Assembly (NCBI GenBank): GCA_002269645.1
Contig: NIVC01002272.1
Location: 1-64,000 of the forward strand
Reading direction: 5' to 3'
Origin: Macrostomum lignano
Taxonomy: Eukaryota
Length of the DNA: 64,000 nt
Shown here piece after piece: positions 24,801 through 37,800 of the stretch. Each line of letters opens with the position of its first letter. Position 1 is the stretch's first letter. The translations under genes were made by a program, and so were the position numbers. The notes under the pieces were generated by a model. That model did not search any database, was not told the origin of the DNA, and saw nothing but the letters and a program-made list of their open reading frames with translations.

Positions 24801-27698
24801 ATGGGCTGTCAGGACGGTCTTGCTGAGCAAGTCTGCAAGGTCATCCACTTCCTGACAGGCGGTTGGAGCGGCGGTAGACAGCTGATCTGCCTGGCATTTC
24901 AGGGTTTCCGTGAAAGCCGTCCAATCAGTGTTCCGGATGTTCCTTTTCCACAGGAAGTGATGCTTGGGGCAAGAGAATTGCAATCGAAAACGAACGAAGC
25001 GATGGTCAGACAGAGATTCCTCTTCGTCCCAAACCTCCCAGTCCTTGACTAAAGGAGCAAGCCATGGGAGACGAGGGTAACGTCGAGGGCCTCCGTCCAT
25101 CGCCCGTTGTCAAAGGTGGGGGTTCCACCAATGTTGCAAAACTCAGTATTGGTGGTGCAGATGTAAGCAAGGAGTTCCTCGCCTCTGCTGTTGGAAGCAT
25201 TACTGCCCCAGTGGGTGTGGTGAGCGTTGACGTCGCCCGCCACCAGCAGCTCGAACCTACGGTTAGAGCAGTAGTCCACGAGGGAGATAAGATTGGGTGG
25301 AGCCGCGGGGCCATCGCCAGGGATATAGATAGAGGCGATGATGACCGTGCGGTTGGTGATAATGTGGTTGGACTGAATGACACAGAGGTCTCTGTCAGAG
25401 AGGTCCGGTCTGTGCCAAGCGTTGAGATGGGTAGACACGAACGAACATGGCTGCTCTGGGGTTTTTGGGGTCCTGAAAACAGTCAAGACCAGCAGGAATA
25501 TTCAGAATCTTAACTTTCTTTGTCCAGGGCTCCTAGGGTAGGATAATGCCCGGTTTCACAAAGTTTGCCACCCGCATCAGGTTGGTCGAGGCCGCGATGC
25601 AGTGGTGTAGGTTTAGCTGCAGGATGTCCACTCCGGGGAATCCACGAGTGGTCCGCGCAGCTTCCTGCCGGCTCAAGGCGAGTTGTGCAGGAGAGCCGCC
25701 TCTTCTGCCTCGCCGATGGCTCCAGGCTCCAGTTCCATGGGCTCCTCCCGGATGGTCTCCATGGTCGAGGGCGATGCCTCCACCTGGGCGGCATTCTTGC
25801 TCTCGGCCCGGTTTTCCGGGGGGGCCGCAGTGGTGCACTGGGATGGGGGTTGCTGCGGTTGTGGGCCTTGGCGGTGTCTAGCAGCTGCTTCGCGCGCTGA
25901 GTCAGACCAGAGCGGATAGTGTTCCGGGCGGGTTTCCGGCCCTTTCCACGTCCGCCTGTTGCTGCAGCTTTCGCGGCTTTCCGTCTGACGGGTCCACGTC
26001 CTCGGAAGGGTCGTGACGAACGGGAGCTTCTTTTCCTGGGCGTTTCCGCCTGGCAGAGCCCCCGCTCGCCCGCTTACGCTTCTCCGGGGGCGGTGGACGG
26101 GTGGCGTCAGACTCAAAGCTAAAGAGCTGAATCTGCAACAGCCCGACAGAGATGAGGGACATGTCCGGATAGCGGAGCATCCAGCTCCGATCCAAGAATG
26201 GCCGTGAAACCGTCTCCGCCCGGCTTGGAGATGGTCTCGTGAACTGCGACACCGTTTGTCGGTAGCTCCGGGTTGGTAGCCACTAGCAGGTGATGCAGCT
26301 CGTCGGCCTTGGTGATGCAGCTGCGAGCCGGAATCCAGGCACGGTGCCGGTGTGTCCGGGGTCGCTCGTCCTCCCTGTAGATAAACAGGTTTTCCAGCTC
26401 CGTACCCCAGTCGAAGGCTTTCAGCATCTCGAGGAGCTGCTGTCCTGACTGGCTGTCGGCGGGCTGGATATGGAGGGCTTGGTCCTCGACTTTCGTCTTT
26501 TGGACTGGAATAGCGGTACCGCTCAAGGCCATCTTGACCAGGTGGGAGTCCAACCTGCGCCAGATAATGTCGAGCTGTTCGGCCGTAAGAGGCGTCTCCT
26601 GGCCTTGGATAACCAGGGCCGGCTGCCTCTTGGCCATAGCCGCATAGGTGTGCTTCGGCTTGGTGGTTTGGCCAGCCCCCACGCTTTGGATCCCTCCGCG
26701 GCCGTGGGAGCTTCCACACGGGCAGAGGTCCCGCCACGGGAGGGGCCAGCCGCACCAGGAGCTTAGGCGGCACCTGATGCATCTGACCGGCTATCTGCGG
26801 GGTTCGCAGAGTTAGCGGCATCCTCCTCGGAGGTGGCCGGAGGGGCGGCTTTCGCATTCCTCCGTTTATCCGCTTTGCGCTGGAAAAAGGCCTTGTAGCG
26901 AGCAATGCTACGGGCCTTCTTTTTAGAAATCTGAGGTCCGCTGTCCTGTTGTCCAGCCACTCCGGTGTTGTCCTGAGCGTCCGGCAGACTGAGAGGCACC
27001 GGAGGTTCCGGTGTTGCGAATGTCCGGCTGGGCCGCGGTACCAACCTCGGTTGGTGCTCCAGCAGCCTCGGGCGTTGGATGTAAATGAATATTCCATGAG
27101 TCGCTGAAAGGCGAATGGGGACTAGAGGTGAGAAGCTGCTGGGCCGTAACCCCAGACCCACCAGCCAGGCCAAGAGGTAGCGACCGGGGGTGGCTTAAGC
27201 CCTTACCGGCCCGACCGCTAGCAACCGAGAAACTCCCCGGCTAAGAGCCCGGCTTGGAAAAACCAGAGGCCGAACCAAAGGACCATCAGCACGGTACTAC
27301 ACTGGGCCCTTGAGGGAAGCAGGAGGACTGCCTACGGAGCCTGCGGACTGGCCGCATACCCTGTTAAGGTCAGAGGGTGATACCTGTTCCTCAGAGCCGT
27401 GGCCAGAGGTACCTGATACGCACAGGTTCACTTCCGGGCGGAGCCCGTACCCAACTTGGCCAACAGGCCACGGATGGGTTGCCGCCGCCGGAGCCCAGTC
27501 AGTCCAGCAGCCCTGGAGCTGCCTTGAACACATGCGGGGCGTGAACCCCTGGGTCGGCTTGCGAGTCAGCTTGGAGAGAGTTCTCCTGCCATTCCTGCAC
27601 CAGAATAGAGGGGGTGCAGGTGTGTAGGATCGCAGACCTTAGCTCGTAGGCCTGATCTATCTCATGCTACACAGGCGTGCTGAACCCACCTTGCACGC
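21818..27698 (-). mobile_element. Full-length non-LTR retrotransposon with ORF1 and APE-RT-RNase H ORF2 (LOA/R1-like), frameshifted
   Basis: 13-bp direct repeat ATCGAACGAGCAC at 21805-21817 and 27699-27711 (TSD). APE motifs ILQLNLHH, AGDVNAHH, SDH; RT motifs SPGPD, YRPISLTS, PQGGVLSP, GYVDD; RNase H FTDGS...SDSQAA...[19 protein letters not shown]; C-terminal Cys/His cluster [15 protein letters not shown]; short (AAGT)n-like 3' tail. ORF1 at about 27150-25673 overlaps the ORF2 start. Confidence 0.9.
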
Positions 27699-28029
27699 AT
27701 CGAACGAGCACGTTATACCGACCAAAAAAGGACAAGATATTAAGTAGAGAATTAATTAGTGTAGCTGGTAAAACCCGCAAATTTTGAACCCGCTAGTTCC
27801 AATCCCCGGACTGCAATTATTTTTTGCAAAAATTCCTAAATTTGAAGTCAAAACTCAAGTATGTTAATTGTTATTAGTTACAGTGGGAGGATACTCGTAC
27901 GTTTGAAAATTGAATAAATTCGTGTTAAATTAAGATTTGAGGCAAGCATTGATCTCGTCGGCAGGGGTGCCGCAGAATGAGTCAGTCTAATAAGCATCTG
28001 TCTACAGCGTGTTGGCTTTACCTCTGCCT

Positions 28030-28740
28030 CTATCCGTTCTTCGAGTTCTTTAGAACTTCACTCCTCTCCTCTCCTCTCCTCTCCTCTCTCCATTTGCTCT
28101 CTTATCTTTCCTCTCCTCTCTACTCTCTACTCTCTCTTCTCTCGTCTCTTCTCTCTCCCTCTATCTTTTTCTATTCCTCTCTCCTTTCTACTCTCTCCTC
28201 TCTCGTCCCTTCTCTCTCGAATATTCTCCCTCCTCTCTTCTCTCACACGTTTTTCTTCTCTCTCTTCTCGTCTCTGTAATCTCTTCTCTCTTCTCTCCTC
28301 TCTCTCCTCTGTTCTCGACTCTCCTATCTCTCGTCTGTTCACTCTTGTCTCTGCGCTCTACTCTCCTCTCTATTCTTTCATCTTTACTCTCTTGTCTTCC
28401 TGATTTGTACTTTTTTCTTTCCCTCTTTTTGACTCCTCTACTCTTCCTTTCTTATCTATTTTCTTCCTTCCTCTCTTCCCTCTTTTATACTCTGTTTTCA
28501 TTCTCATCTTTCCCACCTTCTCTCTCCTCTCTCTCCTCTCTTCTCTCTATTGTCGACTCCCTCATCTCTACCCTCTCATCTTTATCTCTACTCTCTTCTT
28601 TCTCCTCATCTTTAATCTATAATGTCTTATCTATCATGTCTCCTCTCCTCCATTCTCTTTTTCTTTACTCTCGCCCTTAAACTCTCTATTATGCTCTTTC
28701 GTGTCATGTTTCATCAACTTTTCCATCTATCTCCTTTAAT
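28030..28740 (+). repeat. CT-rich low-complexity tract
   Basis: About 700 bp of polypyrimidine-rich sequence. Confidence 0.9.
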
Positions 28741-29294
28741 ACGCTCGTAATTTTCTCTCATTTGGCCCGCAGCCATGAGCTGGATTCTCTGGGCCCTCGC
28801 GGTAAAAAATGTAAGTCTCAAGTCTCCACAAGAGTTCACTGCAGCACAAGAGTTGCAAGCAACCAAGTGCAACAATCCCTATTTAAGCTACACGTACTGA
28901 AGACAGGGGCCAGATAAAAAGTACCCCAGGCTACAGTTAACATGTACATGTATATGTAAAGCAGCATACGCGTTCAAGCAACCTCTCAAAAACTGCCCGT
29001 GGCCAAGGTATTCTGAGACCCTCACGAAAAAACTCGTTGAACAGCCGACTCAAAATTATGCATGATGTCTTCTTGATGTCGTAAGTAGCTTGTCGTAAGT
29101 AGCTTGTAAGTAGCTTGATGTCGCTGAGCAAAGGAGGAAGTTGAGATGTCCCATGTGCATGAATCAAGTTGAAGGAACAGGAGAGGGGAGAACTAAGAGT
29201 CTCTAGGCCAAGCTTCATGCAGTATTAATAGCTTGTCTTCCTAGCAGGAAAATACATGTAGCTGCGCCTATACGCGGTTAAGTAGGAATCCGGC

Positions 29295-31061
29295 TTGGCG
29301 ATGACCACAGTGCTCCCCCAAGGTGCGGTGGGCTCCCCGGTCCTCTTCCTTCTGTATGTGAACGACTGGGCCGACAGGGAGGTGGAAGGAGTCCACTATG
29401 GCGGGTTCGCCGATGACCTGGCCATTTGGACCAGCGGCGACTCGCTAGAGGAAGTCACTGACCGCCTCCAACGCGCCCTCGACAAGATCAGCGATTGGGC
29501 GAGCGACCTCAAAATCGAACTCAACCCGAACAAATGCGAGTCCTGCGTCTACAGCCGCTCCCCCCGTGACGGGACGGCCAAACCGCACCTCAGCATCAAC
29601 GGTAAAAACATCGAGTGCAAAGACTCTCTGAAGTACCTTGGAGTTCACATCGATCGAGGGCTCACCTTCGCTGTGCACACTGAAAACGTCGTCCTCAAAA
29701 TGAAAAAAGAAGCAGGATCATCCGGGCGGTGGCCAACACGGACTGGGGCTGGCACCAGGAGGACCTCAAGAAAATCCATACTGCCATCGTCGAGAGCTGC
29801 GTCTGGCACGCTGCGGCTGCCTGGATCCCCTGGGTCTCCAGAAGCAACATCGACAAAATCGAGCGCGCCCAACGTGAAAGCCTCAGACTGGTAGCCGGTC
29901 TCGTTAAGTCGACCCCTTCTGAAGCTGTCTACCTCGAGACCGGCGTCGCCCCCATCTCAGAGATAGCGATCTCCAAGTGTGTCCGGGATTGGGAAAAAGC
30001 TATACGTGAACCCAGACCGAGCCCAAAAAGAGACCTATGCGACATGTCGATCACCAGGAGACTCAAATGGAGGTAACAAGCCAGAATCGGAAGCCAGCAT
30101 ATCAGCAGGGCGCCGCGAGAGGAATTCGTTAGCAGAAGACACCCGCCATGGAGACGAGACGCCTCAAGCACGACGGCGTCTTCTGCTGCCCAGGCCTCCT
30201 AAGGGTGACCCCCTCATCAAAGAAGAGGCCGTTGAACATCCGCAGCATCGGATCAGTGGACCTTACTATCTACTCGGACGGCTCGGTGGACGGACTTGGA
30301 AAGAATGGAGGCGCGGCCTGTGTGGCCTGGATCAACGGTGCGGAGAAGCCAAAGATTGCAGCTGCGGGCGAATATAGTAGCTCCTTGGCAGCAGAGAGAA
30401 GAGCCCTCCATCTAGCCCTTGACCTGATCGAGGAGGAATCTCCGGAAAGCGCCCTCATCCTGACCGACAGCAAATCCGCCGTCCTGGCCGTCGCCAAGGA
30501 GAAGCTCTCCAGGAATCGATCCCATTTCCTCCTGATCGAGAGACTGAGGAGACTTAGTTCCCAATGCAAGATCCACCTCCAATGGATTCCAGGCCACGTC
30601 GACATCGCGGGAAATGAGCGCGCCGACGCCCTGGCCCAGCAGGGGACTCTTCTGGATCAGAGCACGATCCCGATCGAATTTGATGTGCTCGATAGACAAG
30701 TCAGAAACCGTTGGAAGCCGGTCACGAAAGACCATCGTCTGACGGAGATCTACGGCACCACCCGAGACCCCGGCAACTTCGGCAGGAAGAACTCAGTGTT
30801 GCTCGCCCAGCTTCGATCCGGACACTGTAAATGGACACCCTACTGGCGCCAGAAGATTGGGCTAGAGGAGCCTCAACCATGCCCAGACTGCGGTGAAAAT
30901 CCCGACAAGGACCACTGGTTCCTCTGCCCCAGATGGGACTGCCTACGGCTAGAGCTCGGACTCACTGGAAGGAAAGACTACGGAAGGGAAATGATGATGT
31001 TTGAGTTCCTGAGGAAGACCCACCCGGAATGGCTGGCCTGATCTCGGAGACTCGTTCCGAT

Positions 31062-31094
<33 letters not shown>

Positions 31095-31118
31095 CAACAA
31101 CAACAACAACAACAACAA
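29295..31118 (+). mobile_element. 5'-truncated non-LTR retrotransposon with RNase H (I/Nimb/Ingi-like)
   Basis: Starts inside RT (LPQGAVGSPVLFLLYVND...FADDLAIW). RNase H IYSDGSV...AERRA...LTDSKS...WIPGHVDIAGNERADALA; Zn-knuckle CPDCGENPDKDHWFLC; stop at 31041; then (CA)n(CAA)n tail at 31063-31118. Frameshifts present; no TSD found. Confidence 0.85.
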
Positions 31119-31199
31119 AATACACCTCTCGCCGGCCACGAGTGTCAGAACGCACGCCTTTGGGCCGCACTTCTCAAAAAGTCGGCTCCCCCAGTCAGA

Positions 31200-31700
31200 T
31201 TCAGAACGGAGGCGCTCTCGCATCCCTCAGAAGCAGCTCGTCAAACGCCCTTGGCCTCGTCTCCGCGGACCCTGCGCTGTCCTCAACAGCAGGTCCTATA
31301 AACGACTCGCGGCACCGACTTTCCAACCGGATGACGTGGCCAGCCAGCCTGAGTCGCCTCTCGCACAGCAAGTCAAAAGGCCGCGTTAAGCGGGCCCTAG
31401 TGTAGAGCATGACGTTGGGCTCCGAGACGAGGGGCCACAGCGCACGCCCAATGCAGAGCGCAGCATCGCAGAGTGCGCGGCGTCCAGTTGCTTCTCCCGG
31501 GCATCCGTCAGGGTCCAGGTCTCAGGGTTGTAGAGCAGCACAGTTAATCCAGAGCCTCAGATCGCAGCACCTAGTGCACCGAGCATAAGGCGACTCAGGT
31601 CAGCCCGCATCTCCTTCTCATGTCGCTGGCGATGTCCCGCTCGAGTTCTCATACGGGTCTCATTCCTGCCGTCGCATCGGTGCTCAAAGTCCGTCGTTCT
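31200..31700 (-). mobile_element. Remnant of an RTE-type LINE (RT C-terminal region)
   Basis: Minus strand gives VLLYNPETWTLT (31541-31507) and RRLRLAGHVIR, motifs typical of RTE-clade ORF C-termini; broken frames. Confidence 0.65.
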
Positions 31701-33002
31701 CGTCAATTTGAGATGTGTCAATCAATCATGCTGTCAACTCAGTGCGTGTGTGTAGTCTTAATTTTGTCTCAGTAATAGTGCGACCCTCATTGTCACATTC
31801 AATAGCATCTCATGTCCAACACTCGGCGCAATAAATTGAAGTTATCAATAACATTATTTCAAGTGAGCCAATTGGATTGTCAGCAATTATGTGCGGAAGA
31901 AGTAGTAAGCTATCTCGTCAATTATTGGCGAAGAGGTCTTCCCTCACCTCTGTGTCCAGCACCAAATTACCGCTTTATTCAGGATTTTATTCATAATTTA
32001 CAATCGTTTTAGGGGTCCCATCGCGACTGTGCACAGATGCGAGTACAAGAGTACATTGCCTGGGACAGACTCTTGCTCACGCCTCTCCCTCCGGGCATAA
32101 AGCATTTAGTTCCCGCTATGCGGGGCAAATGGAATGTGGTGCAGACTAGAAACGGGAAAGCAAGACGAAGGGAATGAGAGAGAGCTTGGGGAAGAGTGGA
32201 TTGAGCACTTTGCTGGGCGGGGGGAGTTGGGCTGCTTGGGAGGTCGTTCATCTGACTAAAGCGCACTTGCAGGGGGGTATAAAGCTCCTAAATGCAGCTA
32301 GAGAGCCTCTTCTCCCTGACCCCAGCCTCGCAGTGATAAAGTAGCTACGCTGCCTATCCAACCCTTAATGCAGTCGCTCAATCAACCTGGCTCACTTCCG
32401 ACTCGCAAGGGCTAGCATATTGTGAAAGCGTCGGACCGGCCGCTTCGAATATTTCGTCCAGTTTGTCAGCAAAGCAACCGAGTTCGGTCTTCACATCTTT
32501 CGAATTAATTTGATTTCGTCGGATATCGCATTCAGTTCAGTGCTTGGCAAGCCTGATCTGACTCTTCCATTTACCCTTTCTGGCCCAGCCAGTAGGGACG
32601 ACAGTCCATTTTCCAAAAGTTCTCGATCAAGTAACAGATAGGATACACCAGGACGAGCCGAAGACCACTTTGTTAAATTTCTTAAGCAGTTCTTGAGACG
32701 AGTCCACGGCAAGTGCTCCACAGGCTGCACTCCCTGATCGACTAGGGGAGAGAGCATCAACAGTTGATTGCCAAGAGCACTATACATTTCACTCAACTTA
32801 AGTGAGCGTTGACAGCTCGAAGATTTACCAACAATTCCCTTCTAATCCAGTGCAACAGTGCAGCGCTGCAAAGTAAAGGCATTAAAAGTATTGGCATCTG
32901 CCCACAGAAAATCCTGCCTCGATAAAGCAATCAGTTTTAACTAGCTTTACTGCCCGAGTAGGTTTTTAAGAAACCAGTTGAAATAGTTTCCTGAGCGCTC
33001 GT

Positions 33003-34816
33003 ATGGGCCAGAAAGAATTGCCAAAAATGGACAGTCAACTCACCGCGGCAGCACCTGCCCAGAGACAAGCAGGCGAGCAGATGCGATTAACAGACCTGCC
33101 AGTCAGCATCTCAGAAGAGCTGCACCGGTTTTCCATGCTTTCGTCGATTCGTGGCCTGTCCCGAATTTTAAAAAGTCGATCTCTGGCCTGGAAAATCTTC
33201 TGGTTCGTTTTCATTGTTGCCAGCCTGATGATTGCGATACTGCTATCGGCGAACGTTGTTCAAAGCTACATTAGTTACGACACTATTCAGGAGCTGAGGG
33301 AGCATCTGAACTACCATTTGCCGTTTCCTTCAGTCACCATCTGCAATTCCCAGGCAGTCGACAAGGATCGCTACGAAAGCCTCAATGCCAGTTTAGTGAC
33401 AAAACTCTTCGGCTATTTGGCAAACCTGCGGAAGCACTATGGCTCAAGCGAGAGTCTGCTAGAGGATCGGTACTTCCTGTTCGAGAACATGGGACGCAGT
33501 CACGCCTACAGGCTGGGCTTTGCTCTCGACACCCTAATTCTGCCCAACTCGTGCATATTCACATTCTTGAACACCAGCACCAGTAAGGACTCTTCCGGTC
33601 ATGCAGAAGCAACGATATACGCCTGATTCAAACGCCAAGGTACTTCAACTGCTACAATGTGACACCAGGGCCAGACATCATCAACCACACCACCGATCTA
33701 AAAATGGATATTTACTTGAACGTCCCGGGCCTATTTGACAATTACAATATCAGCCACCTACCCTACAACGAGGACGACACCACGGGTGCAAGAGTCTGCG
33801 TGCACACCCCACTCTCCTGGCCCTACACGGAAGAGATCGGCATCGATATTGAGCCAGGCACAAAGACAATGATTGATGTTTCGCCAACAAAGCTGAAACT
33901 CCTTCCCAACTATGGCGGACAGGTGTGCACAGAGCACAACCTTCTTGAGGAGGTGATGGAGGCTTACACTGACATGGGCAGTACAAAATTTGCTTACACA
34001 AGCAAGTTTTGTAAGGATCTTCACCTACAGAATCTGACTGTTGATAGGTGCAACTGCATCGACCCCCGAAAACCGTATCCGCCCAGCTTGCATAAATACC
34101 AATTCTGCGGCAAGATGAACGGCAGCGATGATAAATCGTTGAATGAAACTCTGCATCAGTTGCGCTGCGCTGACAATATTGAGCTCGACAACAGCTACTC
34201 AGCCAGTCAGCACGACTGCGCATTGAGCTGCGAAACGTGCCAGTACCTCTACCAGACATCCCAGTCACTGTGGCCAACAAAAAACAAGGAGGTAGAGTAC
34301 TACCAACAGATGCTGAAGCCCTTGCCAAAGCTCAGAGAGAAGTACAAGGCGTACGATCACATTCAGAACTTGTCCCGCGTGAACGCCATCAAGAGCCGCA
34401 AGCTGCTGATGAAGGAGGACGATATTCGAAATAATTTTGTTCGGCTGCATATTTTCCGCAGCGACTTCTCGGCTAGCGAGAAGAGCATGGCTCTGAAGAC
34501 CACTAAGGAGAGCATGGTTTCTCAGGTTGGGGGAATTTTCCACTTGCTCACCGGCATCACATTTGCCTGCGTTGTTGAGGTGCTCGAGTGTCTGTACTAT
34601 CTACTCAAGAAGACTCTGCTGCCTCGGTCCAACGGTCCGAACCACGGAGTGCTGCTGCAACGGCTTCGACGCCGTCCACACCGGAATGATTCAGCGAACA
34701 ACTGTCAAGGTGTCGATGGTTCCGCCTATGAAATGCAAAAGTTGCAAACTCCGGAGCCAAAAGCTGAGGAGTTCAACCACCATGCGATCGCGGAAGACGG
34801 AGCAGCAAGCGCGTAA
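33003..34816 (+). CDS. Intronless DEG/ENaC (ASIC-like) channel subunit; apparent frameshift near 33590
   Basis: TM1 region WKIFWFVFIVASL, then LPFPSVTICN; FNCYN; GARVCVH; Cys-rich thumb (CKDLHLQNLTVDRCNC...CALSCETC); NFVRLHIF; TM2 SQVGGIFHLLTGITFACVVEVLE. ORFs 33003-33626 and 33659-34816 join if one base is added near 33590. Confidence 0.9.
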
Positions 34817-37800
34817 GCCTCTCTATGCAAATCCCTAACTGGAAATTTATTTATAAAGCGGGACTGGTGCTCGAAATTTGCCTTGAGCCTGAACTACAAA
34901 AAGCCCTTTGGCGGAATTTTGGCCTAAACTGCTCCTCAAGTTCTAGTGCAGACACGCAGTACAGTTGCTTGTATTTGCTATAGATGTAAGCCTGTTCCAT
35001 CATCTTCTCCACAAAGTACAGTAGTTCGCAGATTAGAATGCATAATTATTACTGCATGACGGAGTATTTTTGATGTTTGACATTAGCAACAGACAGACTG
35101 TGCGAGTATTACGATCGATCAGTACTTTTCCTCTTGGATTTTTTTTGCTCAGTTTATTCCTGCACTGCACATTAGAGGCATCAATGCAGACTATGTTCTA
35201 GACATTAGCAGAGAGTTAGCTTGCTTATAACTGTGCGACTGCACTGATGATGCCACTGTAGAAGCAGTCTCTCTCACTCGTTTTTACATTGGTACACCCG
35301 TTTAATACGAGCGTACGAGTCGTATAGTAGGTTTGTACGTTCCATATTTGCACTGGCACGAATTCCTTCTAAAACTCATTCATTAGATACAAAAGATATT
35401 TCTAGCTTTTTGTTATATTTGTAATCTGAACTTTGCTGCAAAACAGTTAATTGTACATAACAGCTGCATTTTGTCTGTCAGGTTTTATTACAATATTATT
35501 ATTTGACTACTGCATCCACGTTTCCATGCACATGATTTTTTAGCAAAGTTGTGGTTGTGCTAATATATTTTCCTCAGATTACATTCGATTGAAAGAGTTC
35601 GTTTCGAACTAGTGAAGGTAAATTTCTCTCCCAGTTACATGTAGCTCGTAAGACCAGAGCAGAATCACCCCCAGAGCTGCAATTCGTCAAAGTCAGGATA
35701 CTGTAAGTCGCGTGCACTCTTTTTACAGCAATTGTTTTTTAACTTTGCGAGATCGCGTTGTTGTCTCAGTTATTTGAGCACATTCAATAAGTATGAAAAC
35801 CGTTCCTTCTGCGCTGTGTTCGTCATTAATGCCCACATGCCACAGATGTCGGAACCAGGAGAATATAGCCCACACACAAGACGCCCCTTTTGTCTCTCAG
35901 AAAAGCTCAACTCTACTGAGGACCCATGCACCGACATCAAGTCGAAGTCGTCAAAGACCTCCGTGAAATTTAATAACCCTATAATTACGAAACCAAAAGT
36001 AGAACAAAAATCTTGGCGCTAAAATCTTGCGGTCAGTGATTGGGATTTGGGACTCTTGCCCACCCACATTAGCAGGACTTCAGTCTGCTGATTCAGTTGA
36101 GCGTCCCCACTTCAAAATCCTTCCGACACAGCTCCGCCACATCCGGAGGGTAGGGTAGGGTAGGGTAGAGTAAGGTACCAGTAGCTCATGATTCGCGTCT
36201 ATATCCATCGCAAAGCACACTAGCGCACCAATACAATAGCAAAATAATATAATTATCATCAAATTGCATGGTATTTGTTAATATACGAGCGTATTTATGT
36301 TTTGAAATTGCACACGCCCATTCTACAATGACATGCTTGCGTACACAGCAGCTAGTAAAATAAACACGCTCATGCTTAATTAACCTCGCGGGCACCAACT
36401 GGTATATTCCAATCAATTATTAATCAGCGCCATTATTCATCCTGCCTGAAAGAGCGGCAATAATGCATTTAGGGTCGATGCACGCGGATAAATTAGCTGG
36501 GTGCAGAGACTTATAGGATAGCTACGGTGTAGTTAACTGTATATTGCTGAGTCATCGCCATTTGTACCTGTAGCTATACACAAGCCTATACATGTAGGTG
36601 CTGATCTAGCAGTCCAAAAAGGTATAGAATACATAATGTATAACTATGACAGTATAAGTTAAGGACCACTATAGAAATACACGTATGTTACGAGCGTAGT
36701 TATAATGACTCGTAATTAAACGTAATTAAATGGCATTTAGTAGCAATCATTCGTTGCATTAAACAGAGTTGAAACGCCGTTCTGCCAAATACATGTATAA
36801 AGTGAATCAACAATACATGGATATGTACATGTGCATGCGTCACAATTGCAGAATTCAGAAGGTCGTACTAATTATGACAATTGGACGTTACGCTTTGCCT
36901 GATGGGCAGATATGCAACCGACAGCTCAGCTGCAGCTACAATAGAATTAATTTCATAAACCCAAAATTTTATGAACCCGTTCAATATTTTACAAATGTGC
37001 ATAATTTGTGAAAGTATAAGTTTCGAAGATGTACTTCTAATGGATCTCTTGTTAAAATAGGCTCAGCGTAAGTTTGAAATTATACGTACTGCAATGTTTT
37101 ATTTTGACTCCAGAAAAGTAATCTACGGACTATTTTAAGTACAATAGTACCATGACCTTGTGCCCGCTGGGCACTTATTCTTGTCTTTTAATGCCATAGA
37201 CTACATTTAAGCCCGCTTGCAGGAAAGAAATATCGAAATTAGCGGGCAGTTAATGTATCTGACACCGAAAAGCTGCAATAGTCTGACCAAAACTAAAACG
37301 TTAACAAGTGAACGAGCCTTAACGTACAGAAACAAATAAAAAGTATTATTGTCCATGGTCAAACTGCCAACAAACAGCAAAAGCTTTACATCTACACGCT
37401 ATAGTAGTGGGAAATCCATAATAGGATATTCCCAAATGGCTTCACTGGGTTCAGTTGACGCGACAATTCCTCTAAGTAGGTTTCAAATAGGGCTTGTGAA
37501 GTCCCATTCATGGCGCGCAGCATAGCCTTGCTAAATTGTGTCTAGATTTCGCAGGCCACATCGCGGGCCGAAATGAAGATACTCGTATGTGAGGCTAGTC
37601 TATATGGCCAAACTTTTGCCAGAACGATTGAGCTCAAGTATAACATATGTACTCGTAATTAACGTATACTTAAAAGTTGTAACAAATAACCATTAAATGT
37701 AATTGTCACATACATTGCTAGCAAAATTCATTGTCCGTTACAGGTTCACATCTTGCTTCCATTCACCGCTTGCCTCTTTTACAAGAAGAAGCTAATTTTA

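Noticed and set aside
27977-28680. Leu/Ser-rich or Arg/Glu-rich ORFs
   Set aside because: CT low-complexity DNA.
31812-32796. Short ORFs with coding-like composition
   Set aside because: No recognisable motif; probably decayed mobile DNA and cannot be assigned by eye.
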